64,000 nt of DNA from a virus (IMGVR_UViG_3300017605_000906:5397-69396); one strand, 5' to 3'; shown: positions 1 to 9,875, counted from the first letter of the stretch. Numbers and translations: made by a program. The notes: a model not told the origin generated them from the sequence alone.

Positions 1-664
1 CGCCCAACAACGCACACGCTCCGGGACCAACTCTCCACGCATCGGCAGGACCCTCGACGATGATGACCGTATGAGCGCAAAGGTCCGAGCCGTAGAGCAT
101 GTGCTTGTGGTGGACCAACTCTTGCTCGGGACTCGCCGAGATGTAGCGACGCTCGGCATCACGCTTGAGCGTTCGCGTGGTCCAGCTGACGGTCTGCTCG
201 AAGCGAGTGATGGGAATGTAGATGCTCCAGCGCAGCTTCGCAGCCAGCCCTATCCCTTCCAGCCCCCAGACCCTGACCAGCTCGTCTGGCTCGAAGTCTC
301 GCTCACGTAGATACTCCCTGTGGATTCGCTGTAGGGCTCCCCGTCCAGATGGTTCCCGCAAGCTGCCGCCTTCGTTCCTAGCGATGTTTCGCCCTGGGAC
401 GCTGATTCCAGCTCGGCGAAGCGTCCAAAACGCTCTAAAGTCGATTCCTAGACTCTTCAGCGCCTCTTTCGAGTCGATACGCCCGCACTTCCAGCAATGG
501 AATGCGAATGACTGGATGTTCAATCCCATACGAAAGGTGGACGTTCCCTTTCCACAGCTTGGACAATCCAGACCGAGCCAACCCTCACGCACGTGATGAT
601 GCTCTCCCGGGCGCTTGTATGCGACTCGCGACGAGTCGAGCAAGTCTGTCAGCTTCTCAATCAT
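1..664 (-). CDS. DNA primase (Zn finger + TOPRIM), truncated by window edge; not in ORF track
   Basis: Manual translation from ATG at 664 (ATGA overlap with helicase stop): MIEKLTDLL...LDCPSCGK...FHCWKCG Zn finger; near position 1 HMLYGSDLCAHTVIIVEGPADAWRVGPGACALLG, a TOPRIM-type EG..DA motif. Confidence 0.85.
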   Translation of the reverse strand, partial: MIEKLTDLLDSSRVAYKRPGEHHHVREGWLGLDCPSCGKGTSTFRMGLNIQSFAFHCWKCGRIDSKEALKSLGIDFRAFWTLRRAGISVPGRNIARNEGGSLREPSGRGALQRIHREYLRERDFEPDELVRVWGLEGIGLAAKLRWSIYIPITRFEQTVSWTTRTLKRDAERRYISASPEQELVHHKHMLYGSDLCAHTVIIVEGPADAWRVGPGACALLG

Positions 665-2010
665 TCCTGAGTGAACTGTTTTAGTAACGCTGCGAACACA
701 TCGAAGTCTCGTGTGCGGCGCCCGTCGAGCACTGCCTCCAGAATCTTATTCTTGCGCTGGAGCATGGTGAGCTGCGATTCTTCAATCGTGCCTAACGCTG
801 CGAGATAATACGCAGTGACGTCGTGCTTCTGACCGATGCGATGGATTCTGTCCTCGCCTTGAACCAAGTCCCCGGGCGTCCAAGGGAAGTCCAGCGCTGC
901 GACTGAACGAGCCGCCGTCAACGTGAGCCCGACGCCCGCCGCTTTCCAGTTGCCCGCCAACAAGTCCACTCGGGGAGATGTTTGGAACTTGCGCTTGGCA
1001 GCCTCACGCATCGCTCCCGTGACTTCTCCGTTGATGACCACGCAGCGTTTGCCGAATCGTTCCTTAACAGCGTCGATGACGAAAGTGTGCATGGTCAACA
1101 CCACCAACTTCTCGCCGGGATGAGCCTCAAAGAAATCAGCAATCCATCGCAAGGTCTGCGCCAACTTGAGTCGCGCTGTCAATCGAATCAGATAACCGAC
1201 CTTGGACAACGCCTCGCTTTTCTTGGCACGTTTCGCCCGGGCCAGTCCGTGATTCTTTTTCAGCCAGTTGATGAAGTCCTTTCGGGCTTTGTGATACTCG
1301 CGATGAGATGCGGGAGGTAACTTGAACGAGACTGCACGCCGTTGCTTCGCGGGCAGCTCGGGCAGAACATCCTTTTTCAATCGTCGAATCATGCAGTGCT
1401 TACGCAAGATTCGATGCAGCTTGGGTAGCTTGGATGACCCATCATACTTCCAACCCCAAGGTGTATGGCGCGGAGCGCAGAATCGCCACGCATACTTTAC
1501 GCGGCTGGGGAACAGGTCAGGTTTGATGAGTTGAAGGATGGGCCATAGTTCAATCGGTCGATTGGTCATGGGCGTTCCCGATAGCGCGAGCACGCGACGA
1601 ATGTTGGCAGCAAGTTTCATTGCCGCTTTCGTTCGCAGCGCCCCGACGTTCTTGAGAAAGTGAGCCTCATCGAACACGACTACACGTGGACGTTCCTTTA
1701 GCAGCACGGGGAGCCAGTCGGCCAGAATATCGTAATTCAATATCACCAACTTGCCGGGAAGCCGGCGTGCTGTGCGCCGGCCTTCCAATACCTCCGCATG
1801 CATATTGAAGTGGAGCATCGCTTCAGCTTGCCATGTGTATTTAAGCGACGCGGGCGTGACGATGATTGCAGGCCATTGGTCTTTCCAACGCAGGTAGTAT
1901 AGGGCTTGGATGGTTTTACCGAGCCCTTGTTCATCAGCAAGCAGCGCACGTCCATTGAACTTACGAATCTGACGAACGCCATCCCGCTGGAACGGTTTTA
2001 ATTTGCTCAC
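661..2010 (-). CDS. SNF2/SMARCAL1-like DEAH helicase
   Basis: LLADEQGLGKT, VVFDEAH, LSGTPMTN, GVGLTLTAA, QGEDRIHRIGQ motifs. Confidence 0.93.
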   Translation of the reverse strand: MSKLKPFQRDGVRQIRKFNGRALLADEQGLGKTIQALYYLRWKDQWPAIIVTPASLKYTWQAEAMLHFNMHAEVLEGRRTARRLPGKLVILNYDILADWLPVLLKERPRVVVFDEAHFLKNVGALRTKAAMKLAANIRRVLALSGTPMTNRPIELWPILQLIKPDLFPSRVKYAWRFCAPRHTPWGWKYDGSSKLPKLHRILRKHCMIRRLKKDVLPELPAKQRRAVSFKLPPASHREYHKARKDFINWLKKNHGLARAKRAKKSEALSKVGYLIRLTARLKLAQTLRWIADFFEAHPGEKLVVLTMHTFVIDAVKERFGKRCVVINGEVTGAMREAAKRKFQTSPRVDLLAGNWKAAGVGLTLTAARSVAALDFPWTPGDLVQGEDRIHRIGQKHDVTAYYLAALGTIEESQLTMLQRKNKILEAVLDGRRTRDFDVFAALLKQFTQE

Positions 2011-2017
2011 GTCCTTA

Positions 2018-2587
2018 TTATCTGAAGGTCCAGAGGACGTGCAAACGGATTTCGTTCATTGCTTTGCAGACTCGCTCTTCATTGCGCCACTTGTGTGTGA
2101 AATGCCACTTGACTTCCCGAATGAGATGGCGTGAAGTGTGGCAGTGGTCCCATAGCTCGCCCGGAGTCTCGACGAGCATATGCACTATCGTGCGTGCGTC
2201 GTCGCTGAGGTCATGCATAAACTCCGAGAGATTGAACTGAGAAGTGACAGCGGGTATCTTGGCATGCTGTCCCTCTTCATCGTCGTCGAGCAGAGATGCG
2301 TCCAGCGGGATGACCGGCAAGCTGAACGCACGCAGGGCGCTTTCCATCTCTGCGCTTTTGAGTTTATACCAGCACTTGGTATAGCAGTGTGTCACGAACG
2401 ATGCCCTGCGAGCGTCGAACGTCGTGCAAGCCTCGACGAATGCGAGGTGAGCTAACGATTTCATTTCCTCGAATGACTCCTCCAAGGAAGGATATGGATG
2501 GCGTCGCGCCGCCGTCCACGCAATCTGGTAGAGCATCTTTTGAACTTGAGGAAATAATCTTTCGCGTTGTGTCATGGTTTTGGCCAT
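2018..2587 (-). CDS. Sigma-70 region-2-like protein (putative phage sigma factor)
   Basis: AHLAFVEACTTFDARRASFVTHCYTKCWYKL resembles sigma region 2.2-2.4; no recognisable region 4 HTH. Confidence 0.6.
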   Translation of the reverse strand: MAKTMTQRERLFPQVQKMLYQIAWTAARRHPYPSLEESFEEMKSLAHLAFVEACTTFDARRASFVTHCYTKCWYKLKSAEMESALRAFSLPVIPLDASLLDDDEEGQHAKIPAVTSQFNLSEFMHDLSDDARTIVHMLVETPGELWDHCHTSRHLIREVKWHFTHKWRNEERVCKAMNEIRLHVLWTFR

Positions 2588-2622
2588 ATGAGTTCCCAGA
2601 TACTATCCGCGCGGATGGAAAG

Positions 2623-2955
2623 TTAAATCCTTTTTTGCGCGCGGCGTTGAACACTCTTGGACTTATCCATGACGACGCCCTTTTGAAGGTCACGCCATAC
2701 GTCGAGCAACAACAGCCCGATGCCAAACATGGGCTCGATACGTTCATTCACATCGAAGTGAAGCCACGACCGTATCTGCGTCATGTTGACTTCGCGATAG
2801 CGCAACGGGAAGTTTTGTCGCTCCGAATACTTCTTGATGCGCTCGTTGAGCATCTTCAGAATAAGGTCGACGCCCGAACGCTGTGTAAAGTCGATAAGAG
2901 GCGCCAACTCGCAGTTGGCCACCTCCCGACTGATTTCTTTATTGGTTGCTTTCAT
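2623..2955 (-). CDS. hypothetical protein
   Basis: 110 aa ORF tiled in the minus-strand operon with an A-rich leader. Confidence 0.6.
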   Translation of the reverse strand: MKATNKEISREVANCELAPLIDFTQRSGVDLILKMLNERIKKYSERQNFPLRYREVNMTQIRSWLHFDVNERIEPMFGIGLLLLDVWRDLQKGVVMDKSKSVQRRAQKRI

Positions 2956-2956
2956 A

Positions 2957-3457
2957 TTATTTTGTTTTCAAAGGACGATTGATCGAGCCCGCGAACGATT
3001 CATCTTGGACGATGCGACCGTCATTGAACCCGAACGGTAACCGCATGTTGGGATTTTTTATACCCCAAAGATGATACTGGTTTGCCGCGTCCACTTTGCG
3101 ACTTTCGGCAGGGTAGAGTTCAACTGCTTCACATTCGCGTCCCAGCAGTTGATTCTTGATTTCTTGTAAGTCGCGCCAGTCATGAATCGGCTGGCGGTCG
3201 ATGCGCTTGATGGAGAGGTGATAGAAGTCCTCTCCCTTTTTGTGCATCGACACCTGATAGACGTCATTGCTGTAGACGACTGCATCAGCGTGTATCTCTC
3301 GCACCTTGGTGCGCATCATTATCTCTGCGATGCGAGCGCACGACGCGGGGAACGCAGCGCGCATAGTCTCGTTCCCCTCCTTCCACTTAGCGATGTAGTC
3401 TGCGATGGTGCGCTCCTCCGACTCTCGCGTGATGTGTGTCAGTTCCAGTGGTTGCAT
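2957..3457 (-). CDS. conserved phage protein (DUF7694-like)
   Basis: HLSIKRIDRQPIHDWRDLQEIKN...EAVELYPAES..VD.AN.YHLW signature common in phage proteins. Confidence 0.65.
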   Translation of the reverse strand: MQPLELTHITRESEERTIADYIAKWKEGNETMRAAFPASCARIAEIMMRTKVREIHADAVVYSNDVYQVSMHKKGEDFYHLSIKRIDRQPIHDWRDLQEIKNQLLGRECEAVELYPAESRKVDAANQYHLWGIKNPNMRLPFGFNDGRIVQDESFAGSINRPLKTK

Positions 3458-3459
3458 AA

Positions 3460-3837
3460 CTATTGAATGTTGTTCAACGCATCCACGGCCTCGTCCAACG
3501 CGGTCACCGCATCTTGCAACTTGGTGATTGCCTCGTCCATCTGGGAGACATTCTCCTCCATGGTGGTTCCACGTTCTGCCTGCTGCAAGCTATCGGGCAG
3601 GTTGTCGTGCGCGTCTTGCTCCTCGTCCTTGGGATTTTCCAACTCGTTCGCCAGGTCCTCGATGCGAGACTTCAGTGCATCGACCTTGTTGCGACGCTCG
3701 GCGATGACCGTGGCGTCCGTCGGTGCGCTCGTCTTGGCTTCCTTGACGAACAGTGTGTGAATCGCATCCAGCTCCTTTTTAGCCGTGGTGATTTCTTCGT
3801 TGATACTCTCGATTGTTTTTCGTCGGTCGTTATTCAT
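3460..3837 (-). CDS. coiled-coil hypothetical phage protein
   Basis: MNNDRRK...DEEQDAHDNLPDSLQQAERG, helical and acidic; tiled ORF. Confidence 0.7.
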   Translation of the reverse strand: MNNDRRKTIESINEEITTAKKELDAIHTLFVKEAKTSAPTDATVIAERRNKVDALKSRIEDLANELENPKDEEQDAHDNLPDSLQQAERGTTMEENVSQMDEAITKLQDAVTALDEAVDALNNIQ

Positions 3838-3845
3838 ATTTTTGT

Positions 3846-3883
3846 ATTGTTGATTGTTGATTGTTGATTGTTGATTGTTGATT
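3846..3883. repeat. Tandem repeat (ATTGTTG)x5 in intergenic leader
   Basis: Five perfect 7-mers at 3846-3880 just upstream of the ATG at 3837. Confidence 0.9.
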
Positions 3884-4161
3884 TAGTCGCAGCCGCACCA
3901 GTAGGCCCAGCGGTCGGCGACGCGTGTTACCCAGTTCGTAAACCGAGCGCACTTCTCGCACTTGCCCCGCGCCCCTACCCGGTTGCCGAGGTTCGGCTCC
4001 GTGTAGAACGTGAACCCGTCGGGGCTCGACAGGGTGTGCTCGTGTCGGAATCTTTTATACTGACGCTTGGGCCAGCCGTTGAAGCGATACCAAGACAAGT
4101 TAGGGACGGCCTCTGTGAACGGGACTTCAACCAGTCCATCCTCATTAATGTCGCTATTCAT
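3883..4161 (-). CDS. hypothetical protein with C-terminal Cys cluster
   Basis: CEKC...WCGC; tiled ORF. Confidence 0.6.
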   Translation of the reverse strand: MNSDINEDGLVEVPFTEAVPNLSWYRFNGWPKRQYKRFRHEHTLSSPDGFTFYTEPNLGNRVGARGKCEKCARFTNWVTRVADRWAYWCGCD

Positions 4162-4167
4162 ATTTGG

Positions 4168-5055
4168 TTATTGTTGATTGTTTACCCACCGCTCCTCGAA
4201 CAAGCTAGGCATCTTCAGAGTCTCGCAAAAGACTTCTGTCATGGCAGTGGCTTGCTCTGCTGTAGGCTTCTCGCGACGAATCCAGCGGAAGAAATACCAC
4301 GTCAGGTCTGTCCGTCGTTGGATGCGCTTGAACATCTCCTCATCTGTATTGATGGGATGCGGGAAGTCTTTGTTCTCCGCGTTCATCATCAGGATGGACG
4401 TCTGGCAAGCCATACGCACCTGGCCAATCATCTCGTCTTCATTCCAGCACTCGATGCGCTGCGCGACGACGCCTTCAGATAACTTGCGCAGAGGCATCGT
4501 GTGCTCGACTAGCACGGTCTCTCCCGTCGGGCACCAGATGTCATAGAATGCGCAATCGCAATGGCAGCTGTTCGCTTTCGCCTGTTCCAGGTAGTAATAC
4601 AGGTCATCGCAGACAACGCTCGTCTTGCGCTTGGGAAGAAAAGGCCAGACCAGGTTGATGACATCCTGGGACCTTTCCACGACGATGATTTTTTTGACCT
4701 TAGGCATCTTTTCGAGCAGCGCGACTGCCACACCCAAACCTAAACCTCCCACAAGCACCGTTCCGTGGAAGCCTTTTAGTTGACGAGTGACCTGTTCTAT
4801 CTCTTGAGGCATGGACGTCATCCATGTCCCATAGCCACTCTGTTTCAATCGATGGATGTGGAGTGGCTCGGACAGCACGAGCGTTGTCTGCTTCAATCCC
4901 ATGAATATGGCATTGCGCATACCGACGACAGGGAGCCGTGAGCCCGCGGGCTCTGTGTAGATTTCAACTTGCATTCTCCCCGACTTGCCGATGTGCAATG
5001 GAAAGGGCAGGCTGTAGTTTTTACCGTCACGAACGTATGTAGGAAACGCTTTCAT
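4168..5055 (-). CDS. Class I SAM-dependent transferase (spermidine-synthase-like fold)
   Basis: WMTSMPQE, VLVGGLGLGV (motif I), IIVVERSQDVI, AFYDIW. Confidence 0.75.
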   Translation of the reverse strand: MKAFPTYVRDGKNYSLPFPLHIGKSGRMQVEIYTEPAGSRLPVVGMRNAIFMGLKQTTLVLSEPLHIHRLKQSGYGTWMTSMPQEIEQVTRQLKGFHGTVLVGGLGLGVAVALLEKMPKVKKIIVVERSQDVINLVWPFLPKRKTSVVCDDLYYYLEQAKANSCHCDCAFYDIWCPTGETVLVEHTMPLRKLSEGVVAQRIECWNEDEMIGQVRMACQTSILMMNAENKDFPHPINTDEEMFKRIQRRTDLTWYFFRWIRREKPTAEQATAMTEVFCETLKMPSLFEERWVNNQQ

Positions 5056-5290
5056 TTTTTACCTTTATTGTTTGATTGTTTGATTGTTGGTTGTTAGAGT
5101 TTTGCGAATTGGTCCATGGCGTGAGCCGCCGCTTCAAAACTGTCACAGATGGCATAACAGATGCCATTCGCAGTCATGATGAAGTGAGTGGCCCATGGAT
5201 ACTTTCTTCCATAGTAGCGTCGAGAGACTGGTGACAGTTGGTGCTTCTCGACGATGTGAGGTAGGTTGGAGTGAACGCAGTATAGAATTT

Positions 5291-5878
5291 TCATAGCACC
5301 TCGAAGCCGAGCCTCTTGAGAATCAGTTCCAGCCAATACCTTTTCTTGGCGCGGCTTTTCAACTCCCTCAAGAAGTGCCCATACTCGGCTTTCCAGCAAC
5401 GCTCGGCTTCATTCTCGGAGCTGCCATCGCACAACGCTTCGAGAGCGTGCTGACGAATGTAGCGCAAGTCAATGGCTTCCGGCTGGCGTCCGAAAGTGCC
5501 CGACGACTTGCTGCCCTTTCGCATACTGCGGGAGCCCCACATCACGTGCTCCAGTCCTAGATTGCTGGCGGCGAGATACGCCGCAGCCTCTTCCACGCGC
5601 ACGTGCGTCTTGAGCATGCCCGTTACGTCCTCTGCGAGACTCGGATTCATCGCAGCGAAATTACCTGCGGGTGAAATCGTCGCCGCAAAGTTATCGCGAC
5701 GCATGAGACTACACTCCGCGTGCTCGATGCATTGACGAATCGCCTCGTTGCGAGAGTTTGCGCATCCACTACGCGTGGACCCGAATTCTCCCGCGTCGCG
5801 TGCCGGTGCGCCGACTGACCATGACCATAATTTTTTATCCTTCATATGTATTACCTTTCTTTGTTTGTTTCGATTCAC
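5291..5878 (-). CDS. hypothetical protein
   Basis: ORF tiled in operon; likely start MKDKK at 5845. Confidence 0.55.
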   Translation of the reverse strand: MNRNKQRKVIHMKDKKLWSWSVGAPARDAGEFGSTRSGCANSRNEAIRQCIEHAECSLMRRDNFAATISPAGNFAAMNPSLAEDVTGMLKTHVRVEEAAAYLAASNLGLEHVMWGSRSMRKGSKSSGTFGRQPEAIDLRYIRQHALEALCDGSSENEAERCWKAEYGHFLRELKSRAKKRYWLELILKRLGFEVL

Positions 5879-5887
5879 TCAACTTTA

Positions 5888-6454
5888 TTATTCCGACTTG
5901 CTGCAATCGTAGTCGTGGTCAGCTTTTTCCTCCGCGATACGCTGCTTGCGTTCCAGCGCCGTCTCTGCGTCAGCGACGTAATTAGTGAAGCACTTGTCGC
6001 AACGCTCGTCTTCATCGCCACGCACGTGGTTCCCGGGAAGATGACCTAGCATCAGTTTGCTACCGCACGTTTCGCATCGCTCCTGTGAATGGTGATTCCA
6101 GAATTCCATCGGGGAGGCGAATACGGTTACCTTGTCGACGGGCAACGTGAGCGCTGTAGGGTCCTTGAGCGTCTTGATGACATTCGCTCGATAGATAGCT
6201 GCACCGGCGCAAGCTTGATTCGTGGTGCAGTGGCAGTTGATATACGTCTCGCTATGCGCAAACTGTAGCCACTCTTCAGTGGTGTGGCTCCCGAGCCATC
6301 CGGGAAGCGATGCGCGCGCCCACGGGCAATCTGCGCAGGGCTTGCGATGTTGTTCACGAGTCGGGACGGCGGTGTCGTCTGCGACGAGACGACGAGCCAG
6401 TGGATGTTTATTTTTCATAGGCTTCGGAGTTTGAGTTGCGTATCCATGCCGCAA
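5888..6454 (-). CDS. Cys/His-rich hypothetical phage protein
   Basis: KPCADCPW...GWLG...CHC...CAGA pattern plus CETC/CDKC; likely start MKNKH. Confidence 0.6.
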   Translation of the reverse strand: MRHGYATQTPKPMKNKHPLARRLVADDTAVPTREQHRKPCADCPWARASLPGWLGSHTTEEWLQFAHSETYINCHCTTNQACAGAAIYRANVIKTLKDPTALTLPVDKVTVFASPMEFWNHHSQERCETCGSKLMLGHLPGNHVRGDEDERCDKCFTNYVADAETALERKQRIAEEKADHDYDCSKSE

Positions 6455-6645
6455 GATTCGCAGAAGTAAACCCCGCGGCCGGTGTTGGTGTGGTGATTAC
6501 GAAAGCCACAAGAGCACGTCCACTTGACGGTGCCTCCCTTGAGCTCGATGTTCTGTGGCGGTGCACTCTGGCCCCGTGGACGAATCTCGCAGTGCCCTAG
6601 CTGCGCCTTGGCTGCGAGGAATTGACTATCAGTGACTGGTTTCAT
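6415..6645 (-). CDS. small Zn-ribbon protein
   Basis: WTCSCG...FCESCG; overlaps neighbours in operon fashion. Confidence 0.5.
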   Translation of the reverse strand: MKPVTDSQFLAAKAQLGHCEIRPRGQSAPPQNIELKGGTVKWTCSCGFRNHHTNTGRGVYFCESCGMDTQLKLRSL

Positions 6646-6964
6646 TTTGGACTTTCACTTTTCCGCAGATGGCTTGAATCATGGTTATCACTTGTCGTGG
6701 CCGCTGCGGGCTGGCCTTGATGGTGACGTGCTTGGACCCTTTAATAAGGACGGTGTCTTGCGACAGCGTTTGTGTTCTCATCCCCGTCGAGCCTAGCGGG
6801 TAGCTAGGCACGTCCACGGAGCGACTCCCGAGGAGTCGATGAGACTCTGCGCAGATAATCTCTTCCCAGAATCCAAAGACATCGTAGGGGAAGTCATTGG
6901 GGTTGAAGTGAGTGCTGCGTTCGGTGATGGGCCGGTCGGTCTTTTTCAGTATCATATTAGTCAA
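6629..6964 (-). CDS. hypothetical protein
   Basis: Tiled ORF. Confidence 0.55.
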   Translation of the reverse strand: MTNMILKKTDRPITERSTHFNPNDFPYDVFGFWEEIICAESHRLLGSRSVDVPSYPLGSTGMRTQTLSQDTVLIKGSKHVTIKASPQRPRQVITMIQAICGKVKVQNETSH

Positions 6965-7247
6965 CTCTCCATGTCTCTTGAAACTCGCCTTGCGTTCCCG
7001 TCCAGACGAATTTATTTTCCAGGTTATCGATGAGCCCGTGGCCTACCACGACGCATTTGAATGGCTCGTTGCTTTGCACAACGCCGCAGGTGCAGTCGAA
7101 CAATTGATTCTCGACTACCTTCACGGTGTTTGATTTGACGCACGTGCCCGGTTGCATAGCGAGTCTTGCAAAAGAGCTGGCGGGGGGATATATCGGCGTG
7201 TCCATACGAGCGTTGAACCACGCGGTTTCATCTGTAGTGATTTTCAT
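6957..7247 (-). CDS. hypothetical protein
   Basis: Tiled ORF with ATG after an AT-rich leader. Confidence 0.55.
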   Translation of the reverse strand: MKITTDETAWFNARMDTPIYPPASSFARLAMQPGTCVKSNTVKVVENQLFDCTCGVVQSNEPFKCVVVGHGLIDNLENKFVWTGTQGEFQETWRVD

Positions 7248-7301
7248 AATTAAGTGGGCAGACTTTCACCGGTCTGCCAGCGGGTTGAGGATTCAAAGGG
7301 T

Positions 7302-8246
7302 TCAATCGAAATTGAACTTGCGCGACGGCTTATTGATGAGCAACGCATCCAGTTGCTTGTTGACTTGCTCAAACTTCTCGGCCACTTCGTTGCGGACGTC
7401 CACGTTTTCACGAACGGCGTCAGCGTCGAACTGTGCGACGATTTTGCGAGCGTCCTCCATGACCCGGGCCAATTCCACATCGTTGGTCATGTCGCGAGCA
7501 CTGAACGTATCGAAAAACTCATTGAAGTTTTTCACCATCGACTTATCGCGGAGCACCTTGGCTTGCGCTCCCGGTCCGACCTTCAAGCGGTCGGCGGCGT
7601 GACTGACGAGCTGCTTGAGACCATCGCGCAGCGTGTTACGGACTTCCTTCTGTGCTTCAGCGAACGTCTCCTTCAGCTTCTTGACTTCACGGGCGCGCAC
7701 TTCATCGGGGAGTTCATCGGGGACATTCATACCGAACCAGTTCCACTCGATGTAGAACGTGCGCTTGAGGTCTGCCTCGCTCGGGTAGTCGCTCTCACGA
7801 TAGAGCACTCCGAGTTTCTTCTTGGCCTCTTCTTGCTTCTTGGGATAGACCTTGAAGAATGCCGGGAGCAACTCGTCGACAACCGCCTTATTGGACTCCT
7901 TGATTTTCGCCTCGAAGGCGCCCATCATTTCGCGCTTGACGAAATAGACTCCCTTGCGCACGGTGCTCATCATCGAGCGGGAGACGCACCACGCTGCGGT
8001 CTCGTCGAGCAAGATGCGAATCTTTTCCAGCTCCTCGCAGACGACGAGGCGCTTGGTGATGTTTAACTCGTCCTTGTCGGACTCGACGGACACGTTGTCG
8101 TTCTTTTCGCGACGACTGACCGATGCGCGATTGCCCCACTTGTGAGTGCTCATCGAGAATAGGAAGGCGTTGCGTAGAATCTCCAGCTCTGCACCGCCGT
8201 CTTTGATTTCGCGTTTGACTGCTGCCGTTTTTGTTTTCGTTTTCAT
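7302..8246 (-). CDS. DUF3150-like protein
   Basis: Helical protein with KKLGVLYRESDYPS motif typical of DUF3150-like proteins; biased codon usage; ends RKFNFD. Confidence 0.55.
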   Translation of the reverse strand: MKTKTKTAAVKREIKDGGAELEILRNAFLFSMSTHKWGNRASVSRREKNDNVSVESDKDELNITKRLVVCEELEKIRILLDETAAWCVSRSMMSTVRKGVYFVKREMMGAFEAKIKESNKAVVDELLPAFFKVYPKKQEEAKKKLGVLYRESDYPSEADLKRTFYIEWNWFGMNVPDELPDEVRAREVKKLKETFAEAQKEVRNTLRDGLKQLVSHAADRLKVGPGAQAKVLRDKSMVKNFNEFFDTFSARDMTNDVELARVMEDARKIVAQFDADAVRENVDVRNEVAEKFEQVNKQLDALLINKPSRKFNFD

Positions 8247-8270
8247 TACTCTTTAATTGTTGATTGGTGA

Positions 8271-8302
8271 AAAGGTCGGGAGCGTTTCAACTCCCGACCT
8301 TT
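8271..8302 (-). terminator. 12-bp stem hairpin (terminator or processing/stabilising stem)
   Basis: AAAGGTCGGGAG (8271-8282) / CTCCCGACCTTT (8291-8302) between the AAA gene stop and the next gene. Confidence 0.6.
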
Positions 8303-8311
8303 CTCTATTAC

Positions 8312-9832
8312 TTACACGCTGAACTTCCGGCCCGTCGGGGTCGGCGCTGCAGCCTGCTTCTCGTATTCGTAGGTGCCCGGTCGTGAGGCGCTGATGAATC
8401 GACCGCTGGCCTGCATGCGCAAGGCTTCGATTTGGTCCGCTGCACTTTTGCAGACGGGCGTGATATACTTCGCCGCTTCAAAGAGCGGCTTGTTGGTCCG
8501 ATTCGCCACATCGCAGCAGGCGCGAATCTCGGCACCCGTCCAACCCTCGTCGTCGGGCAGCTTCTGCTTGGCGAGCTCATACTTGGCGGTCCAGATGTTC
8601 CAGATGACTGCTCGCTCTTCCGCGTCCGGGAGGTCCACGTAGAACGTCCCGAGTGAGAAGCGACGGCGCAGTTCCGGCGGCAGACTCGCAATCTTGTTAC
8701 AAGTCGCGATGAACAATCCCTTACCCTGACTAACTGCCTTGAACGTGGCCATCGCTTTGCGAATCTTCGCTTGCGATTCACCAACGAGACTTCCCGTCAT
8801 CGCGCCAGTGTCGATAGAGAGCACTTCAGCGCCACTGACTGCGCCCGCGCCCTTGGCGATGGCTGACTTGCCTGTGCCCGGAGGCCCGATAAGAATCAGG
8901 CCCGGGATGTCGTTGTCCTGCATCTCAGTGAGGAACACGCGCAACTGGTCTTGTGATACTCCGCTCAAGTCACCAGACGCACCGGCGAATAGTTTCTCAA
9001 TCTCGTCGATGAATCCGATGCAACGAACGGGGTTGCGTCCCGAGGTCAACAAGTCGGAGAGATATGACTTGATGTTCGCGAGACCACCGATGGTGTCGAA
9101 CGAGCCTTCACCGCGCCAGACGCTCAGACCCGGAGTCTGCTCGACCATCTTGGCTTTACGGGAGAACAGCATTTCTTGATTCACTTCGAGACCGCTGCTG
9201 CCCTTGACGATACTCATCGCGAGGCATTGCTCAGCGGCGAATGCGCTCATACCCAGGAGCGTGTCGACGATTTGCTCCTTGTCGTCCGTCTTGACGCCCG
9301 CCGGCGTCAGAACATTCTCCTCGGCAATCTTGGTGAGCTCGGCGCTATCGGGCAGTGGTTCAGTGACCACCACCACGTCGTGCTGTAATTCGGACGGCAA
9401 CACTAACGCGGGAGCGAGCAGAATCAAATGACTGCCATTCGCCTTCCACGTGTCGCGAAGATTCCAGATGGCTTGCGACACCGTCTCGTTGGTGATGAAC
9501 TTGTGTGCGTTCTTGAAAAAGCACACGCTGTTGCCCGGGGCCTTGTCGTTGAGCAACGAGAGGCATTCGGTCGGGTTGCCCGACTGGATGGGACCATCGG
9601 GAGCGATGTTACGAGCGGCTTGCTGACCTTCCTTATTCAGACCAGACAAACCCTTGACGATGTCCCATTGCATAATGGAATAGGGTTTCTTGTCTGCGGG
9701 AAGTTCCGCAATCGTGTTCTTGATAGTCGCCGCAGGGTCGCACGTTTCGATGCACGCGAGCGGGACGCCAGCGCGACGAATCGCTTTGATGGGATGTTCG
9801 GTGGAGAGTTTCGTGGACGTATTCGTTTTCAT
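8312..9832 (-). CDS. Ycf46-like AAA+ ATPase with swapped Walker A/B order
   Basis: Degenerate N-terminal AAA domain; IGGLANIK, FIDEIEK, GPPGTGKS, SLVGES, IATCN, LPPELRRRF, VDLPDAEER, GWTGAEI. Confidence 0.88.
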   Translation of the reverse strand: MKTNTSTKLSTEHPIKAIRRAGVPLACIETCDPAATIKNTIAELPADKKPYSIMQWDIVKGLSGLNKEGQQAARNIAPDGPIQSGNPTECLSLLNDKAPGNSVCFFKNAHKFITNETVSQAIWNLRDTWKANGSHLILLAPALVLPSELQHDVVVVTEPLPDSAELTKIAEENVLTPAGVKTDDKEQIVDTLLGMSAFAAEQCLAMSIVKGSSGLEVNQEMLFSRKAKMVEQTPGLSVWRGEGSFDTIGGLANIKSYLSDLLTSGRNPVRCIGFIDEIEKLFAGASGDLSGVSQDQLRVFLTEMQDNDIPGLILIGPPGTGKSAIAKGAGAVSGAEVLSIDTGAMTGSLVGESQAKIRKAMATFKAVSQGKGLFIATCNKIASLPPELRRRFSLGTFYVDLPDAEERAVIWNIWTAKYELAKQKLPDDEGWTGAEIRACCDVANRTNKPLFEAAKYITPVCKSAADQIEALRMQASGRFISASRPGTYEYEKQAAAPTPTGRKFSV

Positions 9833-9875
9833 ATTTTTATTTTTTGATTTGTTAAAAGGTTAAAGGTTGATTGGT

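Noticed and set aside
803-810. AGATAATA on the plus strand
   Set aside because: Antisense inside the helicase gene with no credible downstream gene; consistent with the one chance occurrence expected.
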